This document shows positions 17,583 to 25,818 of a DNA stretch of 29,281 nucleotides, one piece after another. The stretch lies in the IMG/VR virus record IMGVR_UViG_3300020042_007467, positions 1-29,281 of that record; one strand, 5' to 3'. The stretch comes from a virus. Its lineage: Duplodnaviria; Caudoviricetes. The translations under genes and the position numbers were made by a program. Position 1 is the first letter of the stretch, and each line of letters opens with the position of its first letter. A model generated the notes under the pieces. The model was not told where the DNA came from. It did no database searches and worked only from the letters and a program-made list of their open reading frames with translations.

Positions 17583-18578
17583 CTACTTGTTGCCTGAGAT
17601 GCGGTTCACAACTGCTGCGAACTCATCTGCTAGGCTTGACTTGGTTGCCTCCTCGATAACACCAGAGGTGTCTTGAGCAGGTGCCTCAACAGCAGCCGAC
17701 TCGATCAACTGAGCAGCATAAGCTTTTTCAGCGGCGATCAATTCGTCAGCAGTTTTGGTATTATTCTCAGCCTGGAGAGACTCAACCACGCGGGTCAAAG
17801 CAATCTTCGGTAGAGCTGATTCGTTGAACTTAGCTGCAAGTTCTATTGGGTCGATAGCTTCAACAACTTCAGTAGTTGCATCCTCATCACCCTCAATAGC
17901 CTCCACAGGCTTTGAAGCCTCAGCCAGAACCGAAACAGACTCGATTACAGGCGAAAGGGTTTCAACGAAAGTGGCTTTAAGGTCAGCAATAGCTGCCTCA
18001 AATTCTTCCTTAGTAATGGACATTCCATTTCCTTCCGATACGGATTCTGCAACCTCAACGGTTTCAGCATCTTTTCTAGTGTAGCTCTCAAGCAGTGACA
18101 AGAATTTGCCACCAGCCCCGGCTACAGTAACAACATCGACACTTGTCATAGGATCTACAACAAGCGACTCGATGATTGGACCCTGACGGCCCTCCGCCTC
18201 CCCAACATTAGCAGAACCTAACGCATGGATCGACAAACCAACATCCCCAGACATTTCCCGAATGATCGGGGCATAGTGGGAATAAAATTCAATATCAGCA
18301 ACAAGACCGTTCTCTGTGAAGTAAGCATCAGAAACAAGCTTACCGGCCAACTTCTCAACATCACGCTCTGGTCGATCATTCGACTCAGAAATTGATGGAT
18401 GGTTCATAAAAACCTTTGTGCCCTTTTTAAAAACAACAGGACCATACTCTGCGAGCATGTCAGGACCGTAGTAACCTGACGAACCCCAACCGGCTTCAAT
18501 AACTTTGACCTTCCACTTGTTGCCCTTAACTGGGGCATCTGCGGAAAATCCTAAGCTTTCACTAAGCTCAATAGCCAT
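17583..18578 (-). CDS. Capsid maturation protease / scaffold fusion
   Basis: Start placed at ATG 18578 (GGAGA SD). FMNHP...VGLSI...SVDVVTVAGAGG protease motifs, then an acidic Ala/Glu-rich scaffold-like tail. Confidence 0.85.
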   Translation of the reverse strand: MAIELSESLGFSADAPVKGNKWKVKVIEAGWGSSGYYGPDMLAEYGPVVFKKGTKVFMNHPSISESNDRPERDVEKLAGKLVSDAYFTENGLVADIEFYSHYAPIIREMSGDVGLSIHALGSANVGEAEGRQGPIIESLVVDPMTSVDVVTVAGAGGKFLSLLESYTRKDAETVEVAESVSEGNGMSITKEEFEAAIADLKATFVETLSPVIESVSVLAEASKPVEAIEGDEDATTEVVEAIDPIELAAKFNESALPKIALTRVVESLQAENNTKTADELIAAEKAYAAQLIESAAVEAPAQDTSGVIEEATKSSLADEFAAVVNRISGNK

Positions 18579-18609
18579 AAAATCTCCAAAACTTTTCGTG
18601 CTGGTAATA

Positions 18610-18620
18610 ATTATACCACA
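18610..18620 (-). promoter_or_regulatory. Extended -10 promoter TGTGGTATAAT for the head unit
   Basis: Intergenic, about 30 nt before ATG 18578. Confidence 0.75.
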
Positions 18621-18633
18621 CAGCATTATAGCA

Positions 18634-20046
18634 TTAGGCTATTGGTGCAGCATCCTGAGTTCGGGTGTCGTTAGTGTTGTCTTGCATCGAACCCGCAGCT
18701 CCAGAGTTACCCTGTGACGGAACCACACTAGAGTTGTTGTCGTTCGAGATAGAGTCAGTATTTGGTGACTCGTTGTGCAACTTTTTGATATCCAAAACTT
18801 CAACAATGGCTTCGCGGAACTCGTCATCCCACAAAGCGCCAGCCTCATGTGCTAACACCAAAGCTTGGGTCATGCGCTGGCTTGGCTCAGTCTCAATTTT
18901 TGGCCAGTTGATCTCAACTTCACGAGCACCAATAAAGTTCATCACACGCTTATAGAACAAAGTCCAAACATGTTGGCGAGCTTCCATCGCTTTCAAAGTA
19001 GGAACGTCAAGGGTCTGCGCAGTTCCATAAGCACCCGAAGTTCCAGGATCAGACAACAAAGCCACAACAGAAACCTCAAGCGCAGAAGCAACCATCGAAC
19101 CCAAAGGCCGACCATCACCAAGATCAACACTGTTAGCACGAGGCATCGAACTAAGTTCCATGTCGCTACCAGTCACAGCAGTCGAACCTGCACCCGGTGG
19201 TGTAGCAATAGCTGCAGCGGCCGTAGTCGCACCATTCTTAGTCTTAGCTTTCAGCTGCCAAGCAAACATGCTCAAAGCTTTCAACATGCGAGAACCATCT
19301 TTAAGATATTCGTTATAAGCGTGAGCCCAAGGCAAAGCTGGGAAAGCATCAGGCAAACCCCACACATTACCAGAACGGCGATTCACACGAGAAGCAAACA
19401 TGCGCTTCTGTGTGTTCACAGGCTGACCATGGATACGCCCAACAAACCTTGTGCCCGGTTCATAAGTGTCAGCAGGATACCACTCATTCACCTCAACAGC
19501 AGTAACATTCATAGTTCCCAAATCTTGTGAATTACGAGTCCAAGAACGGCGGTAATACCAAACCTCTTCACCATCATCAGGGTTAGTGACAACAGCAGTG
19601 ATCTGATCAAACGGAACACGTTGGAAAACTTTAGTGCCAACATCACCCAACACAAAAAACTGGCCATCAGTAAAATGGCTACGCTCATTAATAACTTGAG
19701 CTTCAGGCGAAAACAAAACTTCCTGATTTTTTGGGTTCTCAACAATTTTTAGGTAACGAGGAGCCAACTCCCCAAACTCAACACCTCGACCAAAAATGTA
19801 AGAAGTGCGCAAACCGCAACCACGCTTCAAAAGCGGGTTCCCTTCAGAAGTTTCACGAATACGCGCAGACACATCCTGCAGCTCATTCAACTTAAAACCA
19901 GTGCTTTGAGAAGTATAACCAGGGATCTCCCAACCCTTATCCTCAAAAGCCAACATAGCATGAGCCATCGAACTGTAAGACTCCCTAAGAAGTTCATTCT
20001 CATTAGCAATCGACTCAAACTGTTCAGTAAGTTTACTAAAATCCAT
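18634..20046 (-). CDS. Portal protein
   Basis: About 470 aa directly after the large terminase; NPLLKRGCGLRTSYIFGRG, DGQFF, WGLPD and EINWP motifs. Confidence 0.88.
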   Translation of the reverse strand: MDFSKLTEQFESIANENELLRESYSSMAHAMLAFEDKGWEIPGYTSQSTGFKLNELQDVSARIRETSEGNPLLKRGCGLRTSYIFGRGVEFGELAPRYLKIVENPKNQEVLFSPEAQVINERSHFTDGQFFVLGDVGTKVFQRVPFDQITAVVTNPDDGEEVWYYRRSWTRNSQDLGTMNVTAVEVNEWYPADTYEPGTRFVGRIHGQPVNTQKRMFASRVNRRSGNVWGLPDAFPALPWAHAYNEYLKDGSRMLKALSMFAWQLKAKTKNGATTAAAAIATPPGAGSTAVTGSDMELSSMPRANSVDLGDGRPLGSMVASALEVSVVALLSDPGTSGAYGTAQTLDVPTLKAMEARQHVWTLFYKRVMNFIGAREVEINWPKIETEPSQRMTQALVLAHEAGALWDDEFREAIVEVLDIKKLHNESPNTDSISNDNNSSVVPSQGNSGAAGSMQDNTNDTRTQDAAPIA

Positions 20047-20081
20047 CAAAAAATCCTAAAATTGTGTGAAAACATAAGAAT

Positions 20082-20092
20082 ATTCTACCACA
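20082..20092 (-). promoter_or_regulatory. Extended -10 promoter TGTGGTAGAAT upstream of portal
   Basis: Immediately after the terminase stop; same class as the 16049 and 18610 promoters. Confidence 0.65.
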
Positions 20093-21616
20093 CTACCAAA
20101 CCCAGCCACCCAAAAAAGGGTCGTGGTCATCAAGCAACTGGTTTTCAAATGTAATCACATCACCCGGTTTACGATCACCAAACGGCGAATCAATAATAGC
20201 AGACAAATCAGCTGTCGCATAAACAACAGCATCCAACTGGTCAGGAGACTTCACACCACGAGAACGCATATCATCCTTCGACTCAATCTGAATAGCACCC
20301 TTCACATTAAACTTATACTGAATCATCAACAACTCATCCAACAAACGAGTATCATCAGAATCAATATCAACCAACCCACCAGACATTAACTCTTTAAGAT
20401 GATCAAAGTTACAAGACCTCGCATTAAGCCAACGCATCTTATCAGGACTCGCAGCACCACCCAACATGGAAATAACAATATAACGATTATCAGCATGACT
20501 AGCAACAAGATCCACAACAGGACCACCAAGGCCAGCCGCGTCAATGCGGACTTCAGAAACACCATTCTCAACAGCCAATCTATGAATGCGATTAGCGGTT
20601 TCGATCGCTGTAGCCTTAGACCAAGTTTCTAGCAACCTCACCCGACCACCGCGGTTAATATAAACAACAGAATCATCTTCACCAAAACGAGCAACGTCAA
20701 CACCCAAAACAGCTCGTTGCTCCATATCATCCTCAATCACAGTATCAATAGCACGATCAATATTGCTTTGAGAAAAGAAAGCATTATCTGCTTCGTCAGG
20801 GAACTCAGCCAAAACTTTAGACTTAAACCGGGCCGAATCAACACCCCACGAAATCTTTTGCTTCTCCACCCAAGCAGGCTGAATAAGCAGCGGCAACAAA
20901 GCTGCCGGAACTGTGTGACGTTCCTCAGTAAAATTAGGGGTATCATAAGCCGAGATCTTGATCTTGTTCCAAGTCGGGTCTTTTAGCCAGATCTGGTGAA
21001 AAGGTGTGCCACGATTATCAGGGTTACCAATAGCCAAAACACGAGCGCCCTCAGTGTTAGTAACGGCTTCAGTAGCGGTATATAGATCCTCAGGGATACC
21101 ACCAGCCTCGTCTAAAATCACCATCACATAACGGCGGTGAATACCCTGGAACGAAGACACCAAATCCTTATCAGCCGGTCTACGGCCCCAAGCCATAACA
21201 TAACCATCATCCAACTTCCACTCCTGCGACTGGTTGATGTGCCCTGGAAGCGTAACGCCGTTCCCCTTGGCTAAATCGTAGTTAGCCTTGATCTCGGTGA
21301 ACAACACACGAGCAATCTGAACGTAAGTAGGGGCAGAACAAATAACGGCAACATCGTAAGGGTCATGCACTGCGACCCACCAAACAGCGAGCATACCAGC
21401 AAGGCCAGACTTACCAGCACCATTACAAGACACAACAGCAGTGTGCGAATTCTCAACAACCGAATTAGCGATCTCCTGCTGCTTAGACCACATGTGCTTA
21501 CCCAAAACTTCTTTAGCCCACAAAACCGGGTCAGTGCGATAAACTTCCTTCTTAGAACGAGAACGCAAATCAGCAATCACATTATCGAAAACAGAATCAA
21601 TCAACTTGTTGCTCAT
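20093..21616 (-). CDS. terL: Terminase large subunit
   Basis: Walker A SCNGAGKS, Walker B MVILDEA, motif III IGNP, nuclease LGVDVARFGEDD and SPDQLDA. Start placed at ATG 21616. Confidence 0.95.
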   Translation of the reverse strand: MSNKLIDSVFDNVIADLRSRSKKEVYRTDPVLWAKEVLGKHMWSKQQEIANSVVENSHTAVVSCNGAGKSGLAGMLAVWWVAVHDPYDVAVICSAPTYVQIARVLFTEIKANYDLAKGNGVTLPGHINQSQEWKLDDGYVMAWGRRPADKDLVSSFQGIHRRYVMVILDEAGGIPEDLYTATEAVTNTEGARVLAIGNPDNRGTPFHQIWLKDPTWNKIKISAYDTPNFTEERHTVPAALLPLLIQPAWVEKQKISWGVDSARFKSKVLAEFPDEADNAFFSQSNIDRAIDTVIEDDMEQRAVLGVDVARFGEDDSVVYINRGGRVRLLETWSKATAIETANRIHRLAVENGVSEVRIDAAGLGGPVVDLVASHADNRYIVISMLGGAASPDKMRWLNARSCNFDHLKELMSGGLVDIDSDDTRLLDELLMIQYKFNVKGAIQIESKDDMRSRGVKSPDQLDAVVYATADLSAIIDSPFGDRKPGDVITFENQLLDDHDPFLGGWVW

Positions 21617-22103
21617 CCATAATCTCATACTTAGCCTGTTGCAAACCATCCGCCACAAGCTCATCAAGTTTATAAATTGGGATCTCAGGGAACTGCTCAG
21701 CCAACTGGCGTTTAGCAAAGCTGAGAGCTGAATCCATAGCGCGAAGTAGAACCTTCTCCTGGAAGCGAGAAAGCTTAATCAAGTTCTCATCCAGATCGAG
21801 CTTCTGCGAATCCAAACGCTTGCCGATCGTCTCCAAGGTCTTCAGAAGTAAGCTCGCCGAATCCATGTCGCCATGCTTCAAAACATTAGTCTGGAGAGTC
21901 TCCTTTAGCTCCTGCAGTTCAGTAAGGAGAAGCTGACGTTGTTCATGCTCAGTCCAAATATCCCGGCTCGACAAAAGCGACTTAATATGAACCACAGCCT
22001 GATCAGCAGGGATACCTGTGAGACGCTCAATCTCAACGCCAGACTTACCGCCAGCTGCCGACCTTAAAAGCAGGTCATCCAAGACCGAAATTTCTTTACT
22101 CAT
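21597..22103 (-). CDS. Putative terminase small subunit
   Basis: 168 aa, helical, N-terminal HTH-like segment (KSGVEIERLTGIPADQAVVHI); directly upstream of terL. Confidence 0.6.
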   Translation of the reverse strand: MSKEISVLDDLLLRSAAGGKSGVEIERLTGIPADQAVVHIKSLLSSRDIWTEHEQRQLLLTELQELKETLQTNVLKHGDMDSASLLLKTLETIGKRLDSQKLDLDENLIKLSRFQEKVLLRAMDSALSFAKRQLAEQFPEIPIYKLDELVADGLQQAKYEIMDEQQVD

Positions 22104-22294
22104 TACAAACCTGTGACGTGCTTAGGAACCGAAGCAATACTAGCCCCAATAATCTCCCGCAAAACCTTATTCTCAGTGCGCAACTCAGCAATCTCCGCAA
22201 ACAACTGTTGCAAAGCCTCATCAACCTCAGCCATAGACGGCAAATCACCAACAAGTGAAACCGGCTCAATAGGATCATTAATACCCCTAGACAA
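22103..22294 (-). CDS. Small coiled-coil protein (about 63 aa)
   Basis: TTG 22294 with GGAGG SD; LFAEIAELRTENKVLREII heptads; stop overlaps the next ATG. Confidence 0.6.
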   Translation of the reverse strand: MSRGINDPIEPVSLVGDLPSMAEVDEALQQLFAEIAELRTENKVLREIIGASIASVPKHVTGL

Positions 22295-22535
22295 TCTGAT
22301 CAACCTCCAACTTATAAGTCTCAATAGCCTCAGAAATCAAATCCCAAGACTCATACCCATCACGAGAATCCATCTCAAAAAACACAGTCCACAAAGTCTC
22401 CCCCTCAAAATCACTCACCTCAGAAAACACCCCACGCCAAACCTCAACCCCATCAGGCTCAGTCAAATCCTCAACCAAATCAAGGCACAGATGCGCTCGG
22501 CCATAACCATCAAGCGAAACTTCAATAATACTCAT
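22287..22535 (-). CDS. Acidic hypothetical protein (82 aa), first gene of the virion arm
   Basis: ATG 22535 is 6 nt after TG-C-TATGAT (leaderless geometry); MSIIEVSLDGYGRAH... Confidence 0.7.
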   Translation of the reverse strand: MSIIEVSLDGYGRAHLCLDLVEDLTEPDGVEVWRGVFSEVSDFEGETLWTVFFEMDSRDGYESWDLISEAIETYKLEVDQIV

Positions 22536-22541
22536 ACCTAC

Positions 22542-22552
22542 ATCATAGCACA
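22542..22552 (-). promoter_or_regulatory. Putative leaderless promoter TGTGC-TATGAT
   Basis: Extended -10 followed by N6-ATG. Confidence 0.65.
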
Positions 22553-22559
22553 ATACCAA

Positions 22560-22750
22560 ATGCTCAGAAAAAATGGGTGAAAAATTTTTTGATTTGGAAA
22601 CCGGCGGAAACGAAAAACGCTTGGAAAGTTTTGAAAGTTGGAAAAATTAGATACGGTTGTGCGCCGATCTAAATCGGCACCGGGCCGCGGATAAAAAGAT
22701 CTGTTTACACGAAGCTTTTGGGCGTTTTGGTGGTGGTGTGGGTGAGAATT
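22560..22750. other. Non-coding strand-switch region, possible packaging site or genome end
   Basis: Divergence point upstream of the terminase genes; eight GAAA-initiated A-tracts at 22567-22646 and a GCCGAT-CTAA-ATCGGC palindrome at 22663-22678. Confidence 0.4.
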
Positions 22751-22751
22751 C

Positions 22752-22760
22752 TGATAGTCT
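22752..22760 (+). promoter_or_regulatory. Putative extended -10 promoter TG-A-TAGTCT for the first early gene
   Basis: Predicted start about 22767 coincides with hairpin GTTACCG-AAATA-CGGCAAC, followed by SD GAGAGGA. Confidence 0.4.
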
Positions 22761-22802
22761 GTTCTTGTTACCGAAATACGGCAACGGAGAGGAAGCGAAC
22801 AA

Positions 22803-22910
22803 ATGTTCGTAAATGTATGGCAACCAAAAGTAATCGTATGTCGCGAGTGTGGCTACGAAATTTACATTGATAGCAATTGCGAAAATTGCGCAACTAAGGA
22901 GAGCAACTAA
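22803..22910 (+). CDS. Zinc-ribbon microprotein (35 aa)
   Basis: MFVNVWQPKVIVCRECGYEIYIDSNCENCATKESN; CxxC...CxxC, SD GAGAGGA, TAATG coupling to the next gene. Confidence 0.7.
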   Translation: MFVNVWQPKVIVCRECGYEIYIDSNCENCATKESN

Positions 22911-23197
22911 TGAGTAAGAAGAACGCACACACCGACCGCGTGCCAGTAGCAGGGCAACCATACGCTAACGATTACCTAGTTGGCGAAATTGTGGAGGTAT
23001 CTCCACGCCTCACCGCACAGAATGGCAAAGAGTATTACCGCTTTGGAATTGTAATTCTGATGATTACCGCGCCAGAGAACGAGAACGCGCAAGCGCTTGT
23101 TATCGGTGAAGTGATTTACCGACAGGCAACGCCTCACCGCAAAGCAGACGGCACTTGGAATGTGCTAAAGAACGCAAGCGCTAAGGGGGTGAAATAA
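22910..23197 (+). CDS. Hypothetical early protein (95 aa)
   Basis: AAGGAG SD; coupled at both ends; beta-rich. Confidence 0.8.
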   Translation: MSKKNAHTDRVPVAGQPYANDYLVGEIVEVSPRLTAQNGKEYYRFGIVILMITAPENENAQALVIGEVIYRQATPHRKADGTWNVLKNASAKGVK

Positions 23198-23280
23198 TGT
23201 TCAAGTGTCCTTTGTGTAAAGCAACCTCAAAAGACTTCACAATCAAATACTTTTGTATGTGTCGAGTCTCTAAAAAATAG
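23197..23280 (+). CDS. Cys-rich microprotein (27 aa)
   Basis: MFKCPLCKATSKDFTIKYFCMCRVSKK; AAGGGGGTG SD, TAATG overlap. Confidence 0.6.
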   Translation: MFKCPLCKATSKDFTIKYFCMCRVSKK

Positions 23281-23286
23281 CACCAC

Positions 23287-23314
23287 CGCCCTAGGTATGG
23301 CGTGAAACTACCTA
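23287..23314 (+). ncRNA. 28-nt pseudoknot element, copy 1
   Basis: CGCC-C-TAGGTA-T-GGCG-TGAAAC-TACCTA. Confidence 0.75.
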
Positions 23315-23345
23315 CCAAACAAACAACTATCTAAGGAGATTCAAA

Positions 23346-23687
23346 TTGTATACACACACCGATCCAGAATCAGGCGAGGTTATTTACACTTGCCCGCTTT
23401 GTTCAGAGGCTATGCTTTACTGGCAGGAGGGCGCACACAACGCCCGCAAGCACCTAAACAAATTCCTCTCTTACGCCTACAACGTGGAGGGAACGCGCGA
23501 ATTTATTTGTTGCGAGGGTTGCGCCGTTTACGTTATTGAAAATTGGGAATTGGTCAAGAACGGCGAACATAACCAATGGCTAAATGATCCCGCGAAATAC
23601 GAGAGCGACATAGCGATTACTCTGAAATTTAGTAACGCCTCACTCTTTGAGAATGGTTGCGACCTTTGTAACGACCGAGTAAACTAG
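23346..23687 (+). CDS. Cys/His-rich hypothetical protein (113 aa)
   Basis: TTG start after AAGGAGAT; CPLC...H...H, CEGC and CDLC. Confidence 0.8.
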   Translation: MYTHTDPESGEVIYTCPLCSEAMLYWQEGAHNARKHLNKFLSYAYNVEGTREFICCEGCAVYVIENWELVKNGEHNQWLNDPAKYESDIAITLKFSNASLFENGCDLCNDRVN

Positions 23688-23692
23688 AACCA

Positions 23693-23720
23693 CCACCTAG
23701 GCAAGTGGCTAAACGGCCTA
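23693..23720 (+). ncRNA. 28-nt pseudoknot element, copy 2
   Basis: CCAC-C-TAGGCA-A-GTGG-CTAAAC-GGCCTA. Confidence 0.75.
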
Positions 23721-23752
23721 ACCACAATCACACACAAACAAAGGATAAAAGA

Positions 23753-24115
23753 ATGACTATTTCAATTCCAGAACCAATCACCACCATTCACCCGCCACGC
23801 CGTTACCGCTATTCAACGGAGTGGGAGCAACTAATCTACAGATCTGGCCATTGGTTCAGTAAGAGCGCTATGGGCTTTTCTGGATCGCGGATCCTGTGGG
23901 GAACGTTGCGCCCGATTGCCGGTGATAATTTCACATTCATTACTAGCGAGGAGCGCAATGGTGAACGCCGTTACTCGGTGCGCGAGTGGTATCCAAACGG
24001 CGTTTACACTCTGGGCGAATTCATGGAGCATCCAACCCGATCCGCAGCTTTGCGCGCACAAGCCAAATACCACAAAGAGGAGGAAGATTACGTCAAAAGC
24101 TTTGATAACAAATAA
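23753..24115 (+). CDS. Hypothetical early protein (120 aa)
   Basis: Start placed at ATG 23753 after AAAGGA; GHWFS...GSRI...FITSE...RRYSVR. Confidence 0.8.
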   Translation: MTISIPEPITTIHPPRRYRYSTEWEQLIYRSGHWFSKSAMGFSGSRILWGTLRPIAGDNFTFITSEERNGERRYSVREWYPNGVYTLGEFMEHPTRSAALRAQAKYHKEEEDYVKSFDNK

Positions 24116-24123
24116 ATAACAAA

Positions 24124-24151
24124 GCGCCTGGGTATGCGTTGAAACTACCCT
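24124..24151 (+). ncRNA. 28-nt pseudoknot element, copy 3
   Basis: GCGC-C-TGGGTA-T-GCGT-TGAAAC-TACCCT. Confidence 0.75.
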
Positions 24152-24206
24152 CAATCAACTAAACTAATTACATAGCCAATAACGGCTACTAAACAAGGAG
24201 ATACAG

Positions 24207-24440
24207 ATGAACGCAGAAATTACACTAAGCCCGGACTTCACCGATTTGGTTTTCACATGGAGTGGAGGCGCATACATTGATGTTTGGTTTTCACACCCTA
24301 GCAACAATGATCCGGCGGGCGCGGTTATAAATGTTTATGACTACGCTAAGGGCAAGCCCTCAATTCCGTTCACGCCTAAAGCAATGGAACGCGCTTGTAA
24401 GCGTTATGTTCGGGCGCTTGAAAATGGAACGGCAGAATAA
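24207..24440 (+). CDS. Hypothetical early protein (77 aa)
   Basis: AAGGAGATACAGATG leader; FTWSGGAYIDV...VINVYDY. Confidence 0.85.
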   Translation: MNAEITLSPDFTDLVFTWSGGAYIDVWFSHPSNNDPAGAVINVYDYAKGKPSIPFTPKAMERACKRYVRALENGTAE

Positions 24441-24447
24441 AAGCTCT

Positions 24448-24475
24448 TACCCTGGCTATGGTGTAAAACTAGCCA
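24448..24475 (+). ncRNA. 28-nt pseudoknot element, copy 4
   Basis: TACC-C-TGGCTA-T-GGTG-TAAAAC-TAGCCA. Confidence 0.75.
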
Positions 24476-24505
24476 CACACACAAAACAATCTAAGGAGAT
24501 ACAAA

Positions 24506-24655
24506 ATGAAATACGGAATTCGATCGATCGCAGCTTTGCTCGGTTTGCTAGGTTTCACTAGCACGATTGGCGCGTTGCTCTCTGGCCATTCCCCGGTTGC
24601 TAGTTTTAGCCTGGTTTTGGTTGCGGGGATCACTCTCGTGGCAGCTCACGATTAG
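24506..24655 (+). CDS. Small membrane protein (49 aa, two hydrophobic segments)
   Basis: MKYGIRSIAALLGLLGFTSTIGALLSGHSPVASFSLVLVAGITLVAAHD after AAGGAGATACAAAATG; not in the ORF track. Confidence 0.8.
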   Translation: MKYGIRSIAALLGLLGFTSTIGALLSGHSPVASFSLVLVAGITLVAAHD

Positions 24656-24730
24656 ACTAAAAGTTTATTTCATCGTTACACAAATGTTACATAAATAAGT
24701 TGGCATTACTCAACAGAGTGTGCCTATAAT
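24653..24730 (+). promoter_or_regulatory. Composite promoter: palindrome, GTTAC-N6-GTTAC, -35 and -10
   Basis: TAGACT-AAA-AGTTTA 24653-24667; GTTAC-N6-GTTAC 24675-24690; TTGGCA 24700-24705; TATAAT 24725-24730 (19-bp spacer). Confidence 0.7.
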
Positions 24731-24774
24731 TAGAGGGTAGCCAAATTGGTTGCCACATAATAAGGAGATACAAA

Positions 24775-25032
24775 ATGGAAAACAGAATCACAAAGCACCT
24801 GGAATTGAACGGCCTAGACCTAATGACGGCTAGGGTTCAGGTTCAGGATTTCGATTGGCAGGTAAAGCAAATTCTTGAGACAGGCGCAGAGTATCGCGAT
24901 AGCGCGACGGCAGGCGCTCTTGTGGAGAGCATTGCGACATTCTGGGCAGACCTCTGCCTCGTTGGCCTCCACGAGGCAACAGACCCTTACTCGCTTTACT
25001 CACTTGCGATTGAGGAAGAGGAGGTGGCGTAA
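24775..25032 (+). CDS. Hypothetical early protein (85 aa)
   Basis: AAGGAGATACAAAATG leader. Confidence 0.85.
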   Translation: MENRITKHLELNGLDLMTARVQVQDFDWQVKQILETGAEYRDSATAGALVESIATFWADLCLVGLHEATDPYSLYSLAIEEEEVA

Positions 25033-25214
25033 TGCCAAAGTTTATTTTGGAAACGCGCCGTATCACGCATTACACAGTAGTCATTGAGGCGGATACCATT
25101 GAGGCAGCCGAGGCAGAGGTTGAACAATGGGTTGCAGATGACTTTGAAAAGTTTGAGAGCGGTTGCGAATGGCTTGACGGCGTTTGGCAAGAGGATGAGG
25201 AGGTGAACGCATGA
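25032..25214 (+). CDS. Small acidic protein (60 aa)
   Basis: GGAGGT SD, TAATG overlap; YTVVIEADTIEAAEA. Confidence 0.8.
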   Translation: MPKFILETRRITHYTVVIEADTIEAAEAEVEQWVADDFEKFESGCEWLDGVWQEDEEVNA

Positions 25215-25318
25215 ATGGTTATTGCTTGCTAGGGGAACACTCTGGTTGCCCTGATACATTGCGGGATGAGTATTTGTGCGCTTGCCAATGTCACATTGAG
25301 AGGGAGGTGGGCGCGTGA
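25211..25318 (+). CDS. Cys/His microprotein (35 aa)
   Basis: MNGYCLLGEHSGCPDTLRDEYLCACQCHIEREVGA; GGAGGTG SD, ATGA overlap, CxCxCH motif. Confidence 0.75.
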   Translation: MNGYCLLGEHSGCPDTLRDEYLCACQCHIEREVGA

Positions 25319-25455
25319 TCGGGCGCGTCTGCCCGGAATGTGGATCGGCAGCTGAGGAGGCCAAAGCGTTCAATTATTTAGACGGCGATTTGCGTTGCGT
25401 GATTGACGGAATGCCATTACACTTATACATAGATACACCAAACGAAAATAACTAA
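25315..25455 (+). CDS. Zinc-ribbon-like microprotein (46 aa)
   Basis: GTG start with GTGA overlap and GGAGGT SD; MIGRVCPECGSAAEEAKAFNYLDGDLRCVIDGMPLHLYIDTPNENN. Confidence 0.7.
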   Translation: MIGRVCPECGSAAEEAKAFNYLDGDLRCVIDGMPLHLYIDTPNENN

Positions 25456-25465
25456 GGAGATACAA

Positions 25466-25708
25466 ATGACTACATACGATAGCCTCGCGGTTGCGATTGA
25501 GATACAAGCGGAACGCACGAGATCAAAACAAATGGTTCAGGATTTGGAGGCGCTCGCGGTTGCAGTAAAAGCTCGCGCGGATAATCACCGGGCTAGTATG
25601 GATAGCGCAACCAATAGCGAATTTGATTATTTGGAGGGTCTTGTGGACGGCTATGAAATTTGCTACAATCAGATTATGGAGATTTTGAGAGGAGATGAAA
25701 ATGCCTAA
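25466..25708 (+). CDS. Hypothetical helical protein (80 aa)
   Basis: AAGGAGATACAAATG leader. Confidence 0.85.
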   Translation: MTTYDSLAVAIEIQAERTRSKQMVQDLEALAVAVKARADNHRASMDSATNSEFDYLEGLVDGYEICYNQIMEILRGDENA

Positions 25709-25805
25709 ACGCCCTGATAGCAAGAGAACGATCGTTGCCAAAGTGAGAGCGGTTGAGCTGCGCAAAGCACGCAAAACTAAATTGGCTTTTGGAACCACAA
25801 AGTAG
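25701..25805 (+). CDS. Basic microprotein (34 aa)
   Basis: MPKRPDSKRTIVAKVRAVELRKARKTKLAFGTTK; GAGGAG SD; tandem TAG TAG stop. Confidence 0.7.
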   Translation: MPKRPDSKRTIVAKVRAVELRKARKTKLAFGTTK

Positions 25806-25818
25806 TAGCATTGTAGTA

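Noticed and set aside
21617-21718. N-terminal extension of terL in the ORF track
   Set aside because: It would overlap the upstream gene by about 120 nt; ATG 21616 gives a short overlap and a plausible N-terminus.
613-22580. Plus-strand and alternate-frame ORFs over the virion module (e.g. 7346..7897, 18865..19530, 22113..22580)
   Set aside because: Shadows of recognisable minus-strand genes, lacking SDs and protein-like motifs.
23278-24495. Pseudoknots as MuLV-type stop-codon readthrough signals
   Set aside because: Spacing after the stop is similar, but in-frame readthrough of copies 1-4 meets another stop within about 8-22 codons and does not fuse to the next gene.
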